NCBI GenBank assembly: GCA_964619935.1
Contig: CAZUGO010000081.1
Coordinates: 1-50,767, forward strand
DNA: 50,767 bases
Reading direction: 5' to 3'
Source: an uncultured Planctomycetales bacterium
GTDB taxonomy: Bacteria; Planctomycetota; Phycisphaerae; UBA1845; CAIVHJ01
The position numbers and the translations under genes are program-made. Below are positions 15,993 to 24,929 of the stretch, piece by piece. The notes under the pieces are model-generated. The model was not told where the DNA came from and did not search any database. It worked only from the letters and a program-made list of their open reading frames with translations. Numbering within the stretch: the stretch's first letter is position 1; each line of letters begins with the position of its first letter.

Positions 15993-18281
15993 TCAACCCT
16001 CGACCGGCGGGCTGGCCGGCGTGTTCGCCGGCTGGCCGGAGGACTGCTGTCGGATCCGGCGAACGGTCTCGGAGAGCGATTCAATCTTGGCGGTAAGCGG
16101 TTCGGGAACCCGCTGCACGGCGACGGCGGGCAAGGCCTCGCCGCGGGTCGGGACCGGCATCGATCGGCGGCTGTCGGCGACCCGTCGGGTGGCGTTGATC
16201 AAGGCCTCGATCGACAGGCGGGCCTTGTCCGCCTTCTCAATCATGGCCCGCAGTTCGGTCAGCCGCACCTGCCCGTCTTGCAGATTGCGTTCCGCGACGC
16301 TGCCGATGGAGCGCAGTTCCTTCATCAGCCGCGTGGGGTGCACGGTATTCTCGCGAAGCTGCTCGAGCTGTTTGGGCAGCTTGGCCACCGCTTTCTCGGC
16401 TTCCTGGACCAAGCCCTTGAGGTCGCCGACCTGTCCCTGGGATTGCGTGTAAATCTCGCGGAGCACGTCGCGGAGCTTGTGGGTCTTGGTGCAGCGATCT
16501 TCGAGTTCCTCGATGGTCCCGACTGCGTCGCTCTCGATCTCTTCCAGCCGCGCGCACAGGGCCTTGCCTTCCTTGGACAGTTGCCGGGAACTGTCCAGCG
16601 ACTCGGTTACCGTTTTCTGCAGGACGTCGGACGCGTTCTGCACGATCTTGGTCATGCGCTCGACCTGCTCCATCTGCCGCGAGGCCCGGGCCATGATCTC
16701 CTGCGGCTGATTCAGGAGGATGCCGGCCTGGCTGATGAGCTGCTGGAGGTGCTCGGTGGCCTGTTCCACGCTTTGGAGTGACTGGGTGACCGTGTCCAGC
16801 TTGACCTCGCGCTGCGACAGCTCCGCGGCGATTTTCTCGAAACGCTGCAGTTGCTGGTCGAGCGTGGCCAGGCGCTTGCTGCGGCTGGCTTCCTTGGTCT
16901 CGTGCTTGACCACCAGGTTCTTGATTTCCTGCCATTTGCGATTGATGGCCCGCTTGCACTCGTTGAGTTCGCGGTCGAAAGACACCTGCCGGCTGGTGAG
17001 TTTCTTCTCGATGAAGCCGGCCCGTTCGTTGAGGTTGTGATCCTGTTCCCCGAGCTGCTGCGAGATCCGCTCCAGGTCGCGCATCTGCTGGGCGATGCGG
17101 GCTTCGCGTTCGACCAGTTTGCGGTCCTGGGTGTCGAGCTGGGTGGACAGCGCCCGCATCTCTTCGACCCGTCCGGCCAGGGCCTTGTCGCGCTGGTCCA
17201 GACTGCGTTCCTGTTCCTGCAGGGTCACGGTCAGCCGGTGGAGCTCCCGGATCTTGGTGTCCAGCGTCGACTGGTGCTCGTGGAACTTGAGTTCCTGGGC
17301 CTGCAACTTGCTGGACATGCGGTGCAGTTCGTGGATCCGCTGATCGGTGTCGGCGGCGGTGGATTCCAACTCCTGGATCTGCGACTCCAGCGACTGCACG
17401 TATTGGCTGGTGATCTCCGAGATGGCCGCTTCGACCTCATCGTGCCGCGAGGAGCCGCCGGGTTCGCCATCGGGCATCGTCATCATCTCGTCGATGACGG
17501 CGCTGACCCGGGCGCCGTCCACGGCGTAGACGGCTTCGGAGTAGGCACTCAGCAGCACGTTGTCGCACAGGTTGTTGATCAGTCGCGGGACGCCGTTGGA
17601 ATACTGGAAGATCAGATCCAGGGCTTCATCGTCGAAAATGCGGGCGTCAGGGCGGCCGGCGGTGCGCAGGCGGTGCTGGATGTAGCGCTCGGTGAGATCG
17701 CGGGACAGACAGGTAATGTGGAAATTGCGGAAGACCCGCTGCTTGAGCTGCTTGGAGCCCGATTTCTGCAACATCTGGTTAAGGTCGCGCTGCCCCAGCA
17801 ACACGATCTGGAGCAGCTTGCCGTCGGCGACTTCCAGGTTGCTGACCAGGCGGAGGTGTTCGAGGTTCTTCTCCGACACGGTCTGGGCGTCATCCACCAC
17901 CAGCACGGCGGCCCGCTCCTTGGAATACAGCGTCAGCAGGTATTCCTCGAGGACCGTCAGGATCTCCATGGTGTTGTAGCTGGTCTCGATCGGGATCTGG
18001 AACTCGTTGCAGATGCCCTGGAGCAGGTCCGCGCCGGCCAGGTAGCTGTGGTTGAGCACCGCCGTTTCGGCGTTCTTGCCCAGACGACTGACCAGCATGT
18101 GTCCCGCAAAGGACTTGCCCGTGCCGACGTCGCCGGTCACCACCACCAGGCCTTTGCGCTCCTGGACCCCGTAGACCAGCGAGGCCAGGGCTTCCTCGTG
18201 CTGCGGGCTGCGGAAGAAGAAGCGGGGGTCCAGCGTGCTGTTGAACGGTGTCTCTCGGAGACCGAAGAATTCGGTATACAT
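15993..18281 (-). CDS. ExeA/GspA-like AAA ATPase fused to a ~500-aa coiled-coil region
   Basis: N-terminus MYTEFFGLRETPFNSTLDPRFFF...VVVTGDVGTGKS is the ExeA-type signature. The rest is a long heptad-rich Gln/Glu/Arg/Leu coiled coil. ATG at 18281 with GGCGGAG upstream. Confidence 0.75.
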   Translation of the reverse strand: MYTEFFGLRETPFNSTLDPRFFFRSPQHEEALASLVYGVQERKGLVVVTGDVGTGKSFAGHMLVSRLGKNAETAVLNHSYLAGADLLQGICNEFQIPIETSYNTMEILTVLEEYLLTLYSKERAAVLVVDDAQTVSEKNLEHLRLVSNLEVADGKLLQIVLLGQRDLNQMLQKSGSKQLKQRVFRNFHITCLSRDLTERYIQHRLRTAGRPDARIFDDEALDLIFQYSNGVPRLINNLCDNVLLSAYSEAVYAVDGARVSAVIDEMMTMPDGEPGGSSRHDEVEAAISEITSQYVQSLESQIQELESTAADTDQRIHELHRMSSKLQAQELKFHEHQSTLDTKIRELHRLTVTLQEQERSLDQRDKALAGRVEEMRALSTQLDTQDRKLVEREARIAQQMRDLERISQQLGEQDHNLNERAGFIEKKLTSRQVSFDRELNECKRAINRKWQEIKNLVVKHETKEASRSKRLATLDQQLQRFEKIAAELSQREVKLDTVTQSLQSVEQATEHLQQLISQAGILLNQPQEIMARASRQMEQVERMTKIVQNASDVLQKTVTESLDSSRQLSKEGKALCARLEEIESDAVGTIEELEDRCTKTHKLRDVLREIYTQSQGQVGDLKGLVQEAEKAVAKLPKQLEQLRENTVHPTRLMKELRSIGSVAERNLQDGQVRLTELRAMIEKADKARLSIEALINATRRVADSRRSMPVPTRGEALPAVAVQRVPEPLTAKIESLSETVRRIRQQSSGQPANTPASPPVEG

Positions 18282-18584
18282 GCGTGATTCACTCCGCCAG
18301 ATCGAGGTTATCGGTATCCGAGCAGGATATCGGTCTACGGCTCCGGGTGCTTGACCATTCTTTGGGGGAATCCTGGGTTTCCGCGGCGGTGGCCGCCACT
18401 CGGGTTGGTCGATATCGGGCCATCCAATCGCCGAGCGCACCTTCAGGCGGTTGCCCAACCGATTCCGCAATCAAAGTTCGTTGCGGAAGCTGCCGATTGC
18501 TCTTGAGGATGCCGGTACTGCGCATCGAACGGAGTCGAGCCAGGGTGACACACCAGGAAGGGCCCTATTCCAGGTATGTGAACA

Positions 18585-19061
18585 ATGATCCACGTTCGAG
18601 CCCAGGAAATGAGCACCTCCAGCGTATCGTACGGTCCCGCGGTGGCCGCTTCCGAGGTTCCGCGGGTGACCAAGGCGGCCGCTGCCAACAGCCGGGTGCA
18701 ATGCGGCCGTTGCTTGAATAACATGGAAATCACGCCGGCGCTGGTCCGCCCGCACCTCAAGTGCACGCGTTGCCACCGGCACCTGGGGCTGCCCAAACTC
18801 ATCCGCCATGTCTGTTCCTACTGCGGCTGTCACGGAGAGTACGGCCTGGACAGTTCCGGGCGGCGGATTCCGTGCCGCCACTGCGGCATGCGCATCCCCG
18901 TGCCGGTGCAAGTGGCCATGCCGCAGCATCGCCGCCGCCGGGCAGCGCATCGTGCACCCAAGCACACCCCCAAAGGCAGCAGCATGGTGCCACTGCTGGT
19001 GTCCCTGGGTGTATCGGTTCTGGGGCTGTTGCTGTGCATCAAGCTGATCACCAACCTGTGA
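18585..19061 (+). CDS. zinc-ribbon-containing small membrane protein
   Basis: CxxC pairs CGRC...CTRC...CSYCGC...CRHC, then a C-terminal TM helix LLVSLGVSVLGLLLCIKLI. The start may be the internal MSTSS (18609). Confidence 0.5.
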   Translation: MIHVRAQEMSTSSVSYGPAVAASEVPRVTKAAAANSRVQCGRCLNNMEITPALVRPHLKCTRCHRHLGLPKLIRHVCSYCGCHGEYGLDSSGRRIPCRHCGMRIPVPVQVAMPQHRRRRAAHRAPKHTPKGSSMVPLLVSLGVSVLGLLLCIKLITNL

Positions 19062-19156
19062 GCCTCGTCCGCCATTCCGGCGTCGAAGTCCGCTTCCCAA
19101 CCGCGACTGCCGGCCCTTGTTGTTGCCCAACCCGACCGCTACGCTAGTCGGGTAGG

Positions 19157-19501
19157 GTGCCCCCCGTTTCGCAGCGGCGTTTCCAGCGAACGCGCGCGAC
19201 GAAGCCCATGGTACCAGCGCGCCGGGATGACGGGGGTTCCGGCGGGCGCGGAGCACGGCCCGTGGGCCTCGATTCCGAATGTGATGGTGCCCACGAACCC
19301 GACCCGGAGGACTGCACCGCCGCCGAGGACTCAGTGGACGTGGAGCCCTGTGCGTCGTGCGGTGCCGCCATCTACGAAGCCGCCGGGCGCTGTCCGGAGT
19401 GCGGCGCCTGGGTGGTGCGCCCGGGCCGCAGCGGTCGGCTCACTTGGCTGATCCTGGTGATCGGGGTGCTGCTGGCCTTTGCCGCCCGGGCGCTGCGCTA
19501 A
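19157..19501 (+). CDS. zinc-ribbon-containing small membrane protein
   Basis: CASCGAAIYEAAGRCPECG zinc ribbon followed by TM helix LTWLILVIGVLLAFAA. The true start may be MVPARR (19208). Confidence 0.45.
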   Translation: MPPVSQRRFQRTRATKPMVPARRDDGGSGGRGARPVGLDSECDGAHEPDPEDCTAAEDSVDVEPCASCGAAIYEAAGRCPECGAWVVRPGRSGRLTWLILVIGVLLAFAARALR

Positions 19502-19591
19502 CTTCAGGATCGGGTTTTGGCTGGACGCCGCGACCGCGGCCTGCCGATATAGTCGCATCCTGAACCAATTGTCCTACAACAGGTTCGCCGT

Positions 19592-21943
19592 ATGAGTGCA
19601 GCAAGACGACGCAACCCAGCCGACCCGCCAGACCCGGCACCCTACGGCGTTCTGGTGCTGCTGCTCGGCGCGGTGTTCGTGGCCACGGCGGTGCTGACCT
19701 TCAGCCCCGCGGATGATCCCAATCCCCATGTCTATCCGCACGCGGATCCGGCGCATAACGCCTGCGGTCGGGTCGGTGCCTGGGGGGCGTATCACCTCAT
19801 TCGATTGCTCGGCGGCGGGTTGTACCCCATGCTGATCCTGATCATCCTGGGCTGCTTCGTGAGGATCACGAACGGTCCGCTGGAGCACGTCTGGCAGCGG
19901 GTAGCCGGTGGTGCCGTCCTCGGGGTAGTCACCTCGGTGTGCGCTTACCTGATCTGGCCACAGGGCCTGCCCGACCTGCCCGGCGGGTACGCCGGCGCCT
20001 TGGGCGTGTTCCTGGGGCGGTTGATGACCGCCAACCTGTCCATCGCCGGCACGCTGCTTATTCTGGGCTATTTCGCCTTCGCGGCTTTGTTGTTCATCTC
20101 GGACGGATTCTGGAGTCGCGTCCTGCGGACGGCGTCGGGCTGCTCGCAAGCCACCCGGTTGGCCATCGTCTCGGCGGGCAGCGCCGGGATGGCGGTGGTC
20201 AACCGGACCGCCGAGGCCATCAAGCGACCGGATCCCGTGGTTGGGCCGCCGTCTGCCGCCCCGCGGAAGCCAGCGGCCGTCCGCGAAGGGCCGCCACCTG
20301 AGCCTGCCCCCGTGGATCCGCCGGCTGCGATCCGCGAGCGCCCCGCCGACCAGGCGCTTAAGAAGGTCAAAGAGCTGACGTTCCGCAGCAACAAGCCCAA
20401 GCCGGATGACACCACCGGGTGTTATCCAGCGACTCTGGACGATTGGGTCCTGCCGCCGGTCTCGCTCCTGGAATCGATCGAGTACGCACCCAGCGCCGAG
20501 CAGGAGCGAATGGCCCGGGAGAAGGCCCAGACGCTCCAGAATACGCTGCGGGATTACCGCATCGAAGCCCCCGTGGTGGCCATCGAGACCGGACCGGTGA
20601 TCACCATGTACGAGCTGCAACTGGCCCCGGGCGTGAAGGTCAGCCAGATCAGTGCGTTGTCCAACGACATCGCCCGGGCCTTGAAGGCTCCGGCGATCCG
20701 GGTGGTCGCGACCATGGCCGGCAAGAGCACGGTCGGCGTCGAGGTCCCGCGGACCGATCGCGAGAAGGTTCGACTCAAGGAGCTGATGACCCTGAGCGGC
20801 AAGGCCGCCCAGAACATGAAGCTGCCGCTGTTTCTGGGCAAGGATGCCAGCGGCACCCCCATGGTCTTCGATTTGACACGCATGCCGCACATGCTGATTG
20901 CCGGCACCACCGGATCCGGTAAGAGTGTCTGCATTAACTCCATCATCATGAGCTTGCTGATGACCCAGCGTCCGGATCGGGTCAAGCTGATCCTGGTCGA
21001 TCCCAAGATGGTGGAACTGAACACCTTCAAGGAAGTGCCGCACCTGATGTGCCCCATCGTGACCGACATGCACAGGGCCGAGAAGATCCTGGAGTGGGCC
21101 TGCATGAAGATGGATGAGCGCTACGCTCTGCTCGCCGAGGCCGCAGTGCGCAACGTCTCGGAGTACAACCGCCTCGGACACCAGGAAATCCACCGGCGGC
21201 TGCGCCCATCCAACGAACAGGAGGCGGCCCAGATTCCGGCCAATATTCCATATGTGGTGATTGTCATCGACGAACTGGCCGACCTGATGATGACCTCGGC
21301 CAAGGAAGTGGAGTACCACCTCTCGCGCCTGGCCCAGAAGAGCCGGGCGGTTGGAATTCACATCGTGGTTGCCACGCAGCGTCCGGAGGCCAGGGTGGTG
21401 ACCGGGCTGATCAAGTCCAACATGCCCTGCCGCTGCGCGTTTCGAGTAGCCGCCCGCATGGATTCGCGGATTGTTCTGGATCAAAACGGCGCCGAGGTTT
21501 TGTTGGGCCAGGGGGATATGCTATTCCTGCCGCCGGGGTCATCGATGCTGGTGCGAGCCCAGGGCACGTTCATCGAAGACGGCGAGATCGCCGGCGCCAT
21601 CGCCGATCTGCGCAGCAAGGGACGGTGCGATTTTCATCCCGAGTTGATGCGTATCCGGCCGGCCAGCGCCACCGGCGAAGCGGAGCGCGACGAGTTGTTC
21701 GACTCCGCCGTTCAGATCATCCTGGAGACCCAGCGCGGCAGCGTCAGCCTGCTGCAGCGGCGACTGACCATTGGGTACTCCCGGGCGTCGCGGCTGGTGG
21801 ACCAGATGGCCGAGGCCGGCATTGTGGGCGAATACAAAGGCTCCCAGGCCCGTGAAGTGCTGATGACGCCCGAGGATTGGGAGGCCTTCCAGGCCCAGGG
21901 CGAGCCCGGCGACGAGGCCTTCGCCGATGATGATCCCGAGTAA
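19592..21943 (+). CDS. ftsK: DNA translocase FtsK/SpoIIIE
   Basis: N-terminal TM helices, Pro-rich linker, motor domain with Walker A GTTGSGKS and Walker B VVIDELAD. Motif ATQRP. C-terminal gamma (winged-helix) domain. Confidence 0.95.
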   Translation: MSAARRRNPADPPDPAPYGVLVLLLGAVFVATAVLTFSPADDPNPHVYPHADPAHNACGRVGAWGAYHLIRLLGGGLYPMLILIILGCFVRITNGPLEHVWQRVAGGAVLGVVTSVCAYLIWPQGLPDLPGGYAGALGVFLGRLMTANLSIAGTLLILGYFAFAALLFISDGFWSRVLRTASGCSQATRLAIVSAGSAGMAVVNRTAEAIKRPDPVVGPPSAAPRKPAAVREGPPPEPAPVDPPAAIRERPADQALKKVKELTFRSNKPKPDDTTGCYPATLDDWVLPPVSLLESIEYAPSAEQERMAREKAQTLQNTLRDYRIEAPVVAIETGPVITMYELQLAPGVKVSQISALSNDIARALKAPAIRVVATMAGKSTVGVEVPRTDREKVRLKELMTLSGKAAQNMKLPLFLGKDASGTPMVFDLTRMPHMLIAGTTGSGKSVCINSIIMSLLMTQRPDRVKLILVDPKMVELNTFKEVPHLMCPIVTDMHRAEKILEWACMKMDERYALLAEAAVRNVSEYNRLGHQEIHRRLRPSNEQEAAQIPANIPYVVIVIDELADLMMTSAKEVEYHLSRLAQKSRAVGIHIVVATQRPEARVVTGLIKSNMPCRCAFRVAARMDSRIVLDQNGAEVLLGQGDMLFLPPGSSMLVRAQGTFIEDGEIAGAIADLRSKGRCDFHPELMRIRPASATGEAERDELFDSAVQIILETQRGSVSLLQRRLTIGYSRASRLVDQMAEAGIVGEYKGSQAREVLMTPEDWEAFQAQGEPGDEAFADDDPE

Positions 21944-21951
21944 CCGGGTGG

Positions 21952-22290
21952 TCAGCCGCGGAGCGTCTCATCAATCTTGGCCGCGAGGATGAAGTCACTC
22001 TCGGTCAAGCCGTTGATCTTGTGCGTCCAGATCTCCACGCCGACTTTGCCCCAGGACAAGTGCAGGTCCGGGTGGTGTCCCTGGTTCTCGGCGAGCGCCC
22101 CGATGGCGTTGACCGCGGCCAGCGCCTGGCCGAAATCCTCAAACTTGAACTGCTTGCTGAGGTGGTGTTCGTCGACCACCGACCAGCCGTCCAGTTGCCC
22201 GGCGAGGGCGCTGAGCGCCTGACCCTGCAGCGGCGGCACACCGCCCTTGCAGGGCACACAGTCTCTGGCTGCCAGTCTCGGTGTACTCAT
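21952..22290 (-). CDS. phhB: pterin-4-alpha-carbinolamine dehydratase
   Basis: 112 aa with PCD motifs (W..........F..F..A..F...VA..AE...HHPD). Convergent with ftsK, 8-bp gap. Confidence 0.9.
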   Translation of the reverse strand: MSTPRLAARDCVPCKGGVPPLQGQALSALAGQLDGWSVVDEHHLSKQFKFEDFGQALAAVNAIGALAENQGHHPDLHLSWGKVGVEIWTHKINGLTESDFILAAKIDETLRG

Positions 22291-22336
22291 GAGCTATTCT
22301 CCCGTGGTGTTCCGGATCGCTTGAGCAAGCGCTGGC

Positions 22337-23161
22337 CTACTCGGATGCGGGCGAGGCGCCGGCTTCCGGGGCCGCAATCAGCGCTTCGTCGGAGCGCGCG
22401 CCCTGCATCAGCTTCCTGGCGATCTCGTATTGTACAAAAGATCGGCCCACGCAGTCGGTGTGGCCGCCTCGCCACCCCAAGCGGTCCCATTTGCGATTCC
22501 AGCCGATATTAACGACCTTGTGACTGTCGGACCCCTTGCCCTGCAGGCCAACCAGCCCGGCGACCGGAACGTACAGCCGCTTGTCCACGGTGCCGATGGT
22601 CTTGACGAACTGCAGCATGGCGTCGTTCTCGGAATGGTACACGTAGACATGACCCTTCACGCTCGCCAGCGCCGGGCGGATGTCATAACTGCTGGACAGC
22701 GAAGAGCCCAGCAGAAACAGGTTGTTGACCTTGAAACGGCCTTTGAGCTTCTCCAGGGCCCAGACGGCCACCCCGGTCCCAGCCGACAAGGCCACAATGT
22801 TCACTTCCTGCCGCGGAAAGCGCTTCTTGTATTCGGCGATGCGCTTGGCCAGCGCGGTGGCCGACAACTTGTTGACCCCCAGCGGGTCCACCTGGTCCAA
22901 TAACGGGATCCGGGTCGCGCTCCAGTCGAAGACCTCACAGTCGCCGGTGTACCCCCCACGACGCAGTCCCTCGGGCACCTCTTGGACCCCGTAGCCCCAC
23001 CCGCCGGCACCGTCCAGGTAAAAGACCTTGCCGTGAGGTTCGAACATGGGGTTCGACGTCTGGCATCCGCTGGCCGTCGCCAGCAACAGCGCCAGGGCGG
23101 GCAACCCGCGGCGGGCGACTTTGCTCCATGATGTGGCAGCCGTGTCCATGAACTCAACCAT
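22337..23161 (-). CDS. putative lipoprotein, possible alpha/beta-hydrolase-like fold
   Basis: Start MVEFMDTAA at 23161 (or 23149). Signal peptide with lipobox LLATASGC. No family-specific motif; the fold guess is weak. Confidence 0.55.
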   Translation of the reverse strand: MVEFMDTAATSWSKVARRGLPALALLLATASGCQTSNPMFEPHGKVFYLDGAGGWGYGVQEVPEGLRRGGYTGDCEVFDWSATRIPLLDQVDPLGVNKLSATALAKRIAEYKKRFPRQEVNIVALSAGTGVAVWALEKLKGRFKVNNLFLLGSSLSSSYDIRPALASVKGHVYVYHSENDAMLQFVKTIGTVDKRLYVPVAGLVGLQGKGSDSHKVVNIGWNRKWDRLGWRGGHTDCVGRSFVQYEIARKLMQGARSDEALIAAPEAGASPASE

Positions 23162-23611
23162 TCGTGCCCAGCGGTGCTCCGGCGCGCCGACGTCATCGGA
23201 ATCGTGTCGCGGTCCTCCCCCGGGAGCAGTCGCCGCGGCGCCACGGCCGGTGCCAACAATTCTAGCAGCCGGTTGCCCCGGCGCCTTGGTATTCGTCGGC
23301 AAATGCCCATACCATCCACCGCTCGCCGGAGCCACGGCTGCGGCAGCGGTCCGATAAGCAAAGGCCGCCGTGCAGGGACGGATTCGTGTGGGAGATGGTG
23401 TTGCCCTCGGTGAGAACGCCGCTAGAGTCGGCGGAGTCAGCGCGGGAGCATCGCCGGCGCCCGGCGTCCGGAGGCCGACCGCACGGTGCCGGGACCCGGC
23501 CGGCGCGCCTTTCTGCTCAGCGCCGAGGGATTTGGCGTGTTGCGGCTTGGGGCCTTTTGTGCTAGTTTCTGCGAGTCGCCAATTCACTCGGGAGGACGTT
23601 CACGGCTGCCC

Positions 23612-24556
23612 ATGATCGTCGATGCTTACACCCACGTCTGGGAGTCGCCAGAGCAACTTGGCAAGTCTTGCGAACACTTGCTGTCGCGCCTGGATCGGCG
23701 ACGCAAAGCCGCCACCGGCCCCGACGAGAAACCACCCTTGAAATTACCCTCTGCGGCCACGCCGCACCATCTGGCGGCATGTGCCCCGGCGGATCGCGCC
23801 ATCGTTGTGGCCTTCAAGAGCCGGTTTCTCGAAGCCAACATCCCCAACAGCTACGTCGCCGAATACGCCAAGGAACATCCCGAGAAAATGGTGGCCTTCG
23901 CCAGTCTTGATCCCAGCGACCCCGCGGAGGCGCTGGAGGACCTGGATGAAGCCCATCGTGTGCTGGGCATGAAGGGCGTGGCCATCGCCCCGGCGGCCCA
24001 GGACTTCCATCCGGCCAGCAGCAACGCCTACGTCGTGTACGAACGGGTCTGCGCCCTGGGGCTCCCGGTGCTGATCCATCCGGGCATTTACGTGGCGCCA
24101 CAGCACAAGCTTGAGTATGCCAAGCCCATTCTGCTCGACGAGGTCGCCAGGGACTTCCCGGACCTCAGGCTGGTGATCACGCACTTTGGGTTCCCGTGGG
24201 TTGGTGAGACCATCGTCCTGCTGGAGAAGCATCCGAATCTCTATGCAGAACTCAGCAGCCTGCTGGTCCAGTCCTGGCAGGCCTACACCGCCCTGCTGAC
24301 CGCCCACCAGTACGGTGTGATGGACAAGCTGCTGTTCGGCAGCGGCTTTCCATTCAGCACCGCGGCCAAGGGCATCGAGGCGTTGTACAGCATCAACCAG
24401 ATCTGTCGGGGCACTGCGTTGCCGACCTTGCCGCGGGAGCAACTGCGGGGGATCGTCGAGCGGCCCACGCTCAGCACTCTCGGTATTGCCGATGTGGGTC
24501 CGGTGACCCAGGACCTCTCAAGAGAGGTGCTGCTCACCGAAGATGAGCCGGCGTGA
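23612..24556 (+). CDS. amidohydrolase-2 family metal-dependent TIM-barrel hydrolase
   Basis: Start MIVDAYTHVW (HxH metal-binding motif at the N-terminus). Internal VLIHPG and ITHFG motifs typical of amidohydrolase 2. Confidence 0.75.
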   Translation: MIVDAYTHVWESPEQLGKSCEHLLSRLDRRRKAATGPDEKPPLKLPSAATPHHLAACAPADRAIVVAFKSRFLEANIPNSYVAEYAKEHPEKMVAFASLDPSDPAEALEDLDEAHRVLGMKGVAIAPAAQDFHPASSNAYVVYERVCALGLPVLIHPGIYVAPQHKLEYAKPILLDEVARDFPDLRLVITHFGFPWVGETIVLLEKHPNLYAELSSLLVQSWQAYTALLTAHQYGVMDKLLFGSGFPFSTAAKGIEALYSINQICRGTALPTLPREQLRGIVERPTLSTLGIADVGPVTQDLSREVLLTEDEPA

Positions 24557-24780
24557 CCGCTTCTGCCGCCGGCGCTTCCCTCCAGAACTGGTCGGGCAGG
24601 GTCAGTGCCCTGAAAATGGATTGCGTGGTCCGGGATCGCCTCATGCCATTTTGGCGGTGTCCGGGTCCCTGGGGCGGGCTTGCCAAACGCACCGCCCGCA
24701 GGGCCGCTAATTTGTATAACTATCTATAAGATATGAAGTTATATTTTCTACTATTCCCGCTAAGTGCCCCACGGACCGAG

Positions 24781-24809
24781 TTGACAGCGGTGGTCAGCTC
24801 TGCTAGAGT
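24781..24809 (+). promoter_or_regulatory. sigma-70-type promoter with upstream A/T-rich UP-like element
   Basis: TTGACA (24781-24786), 17-nt spacer, TAGAGT (24804-24809). Immediately upstream, 24716-24770 is a conspicuously AT-rich block in an otherwise ~68% GC genome. Confidence 0.55.
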
Positions 24810-24883
24810 TTGGATGTCGACAGCGCTTGAAACGGTGGGTCAATCGACCCGCCTCAATATTCGGCTGTTTTTGGCCGTGGCGG

Positions 24884-24926
24884 ACTTCCGGAGTTCGGTT
24901 TACCCCTGACTCCGGAAGTTTTTTTT
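24884..24926 (+). terminator. intrinsic terminator/attenuator hairpin that sequesters the RBS of the downstream gene
   Basis: Perfect 11-bp stem ACTTCCGGAGT (24884-24894) / ACTCCGGAAGT (24909-24919), 14-nt loop, then T8 (24919-24926). The ATG of the next gene is at 24930. The only RBS-like GGAAG (24914-24918) lies in the 3' arm. Confidence 0.65.
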
Positions 24927-24929
24927 ATC

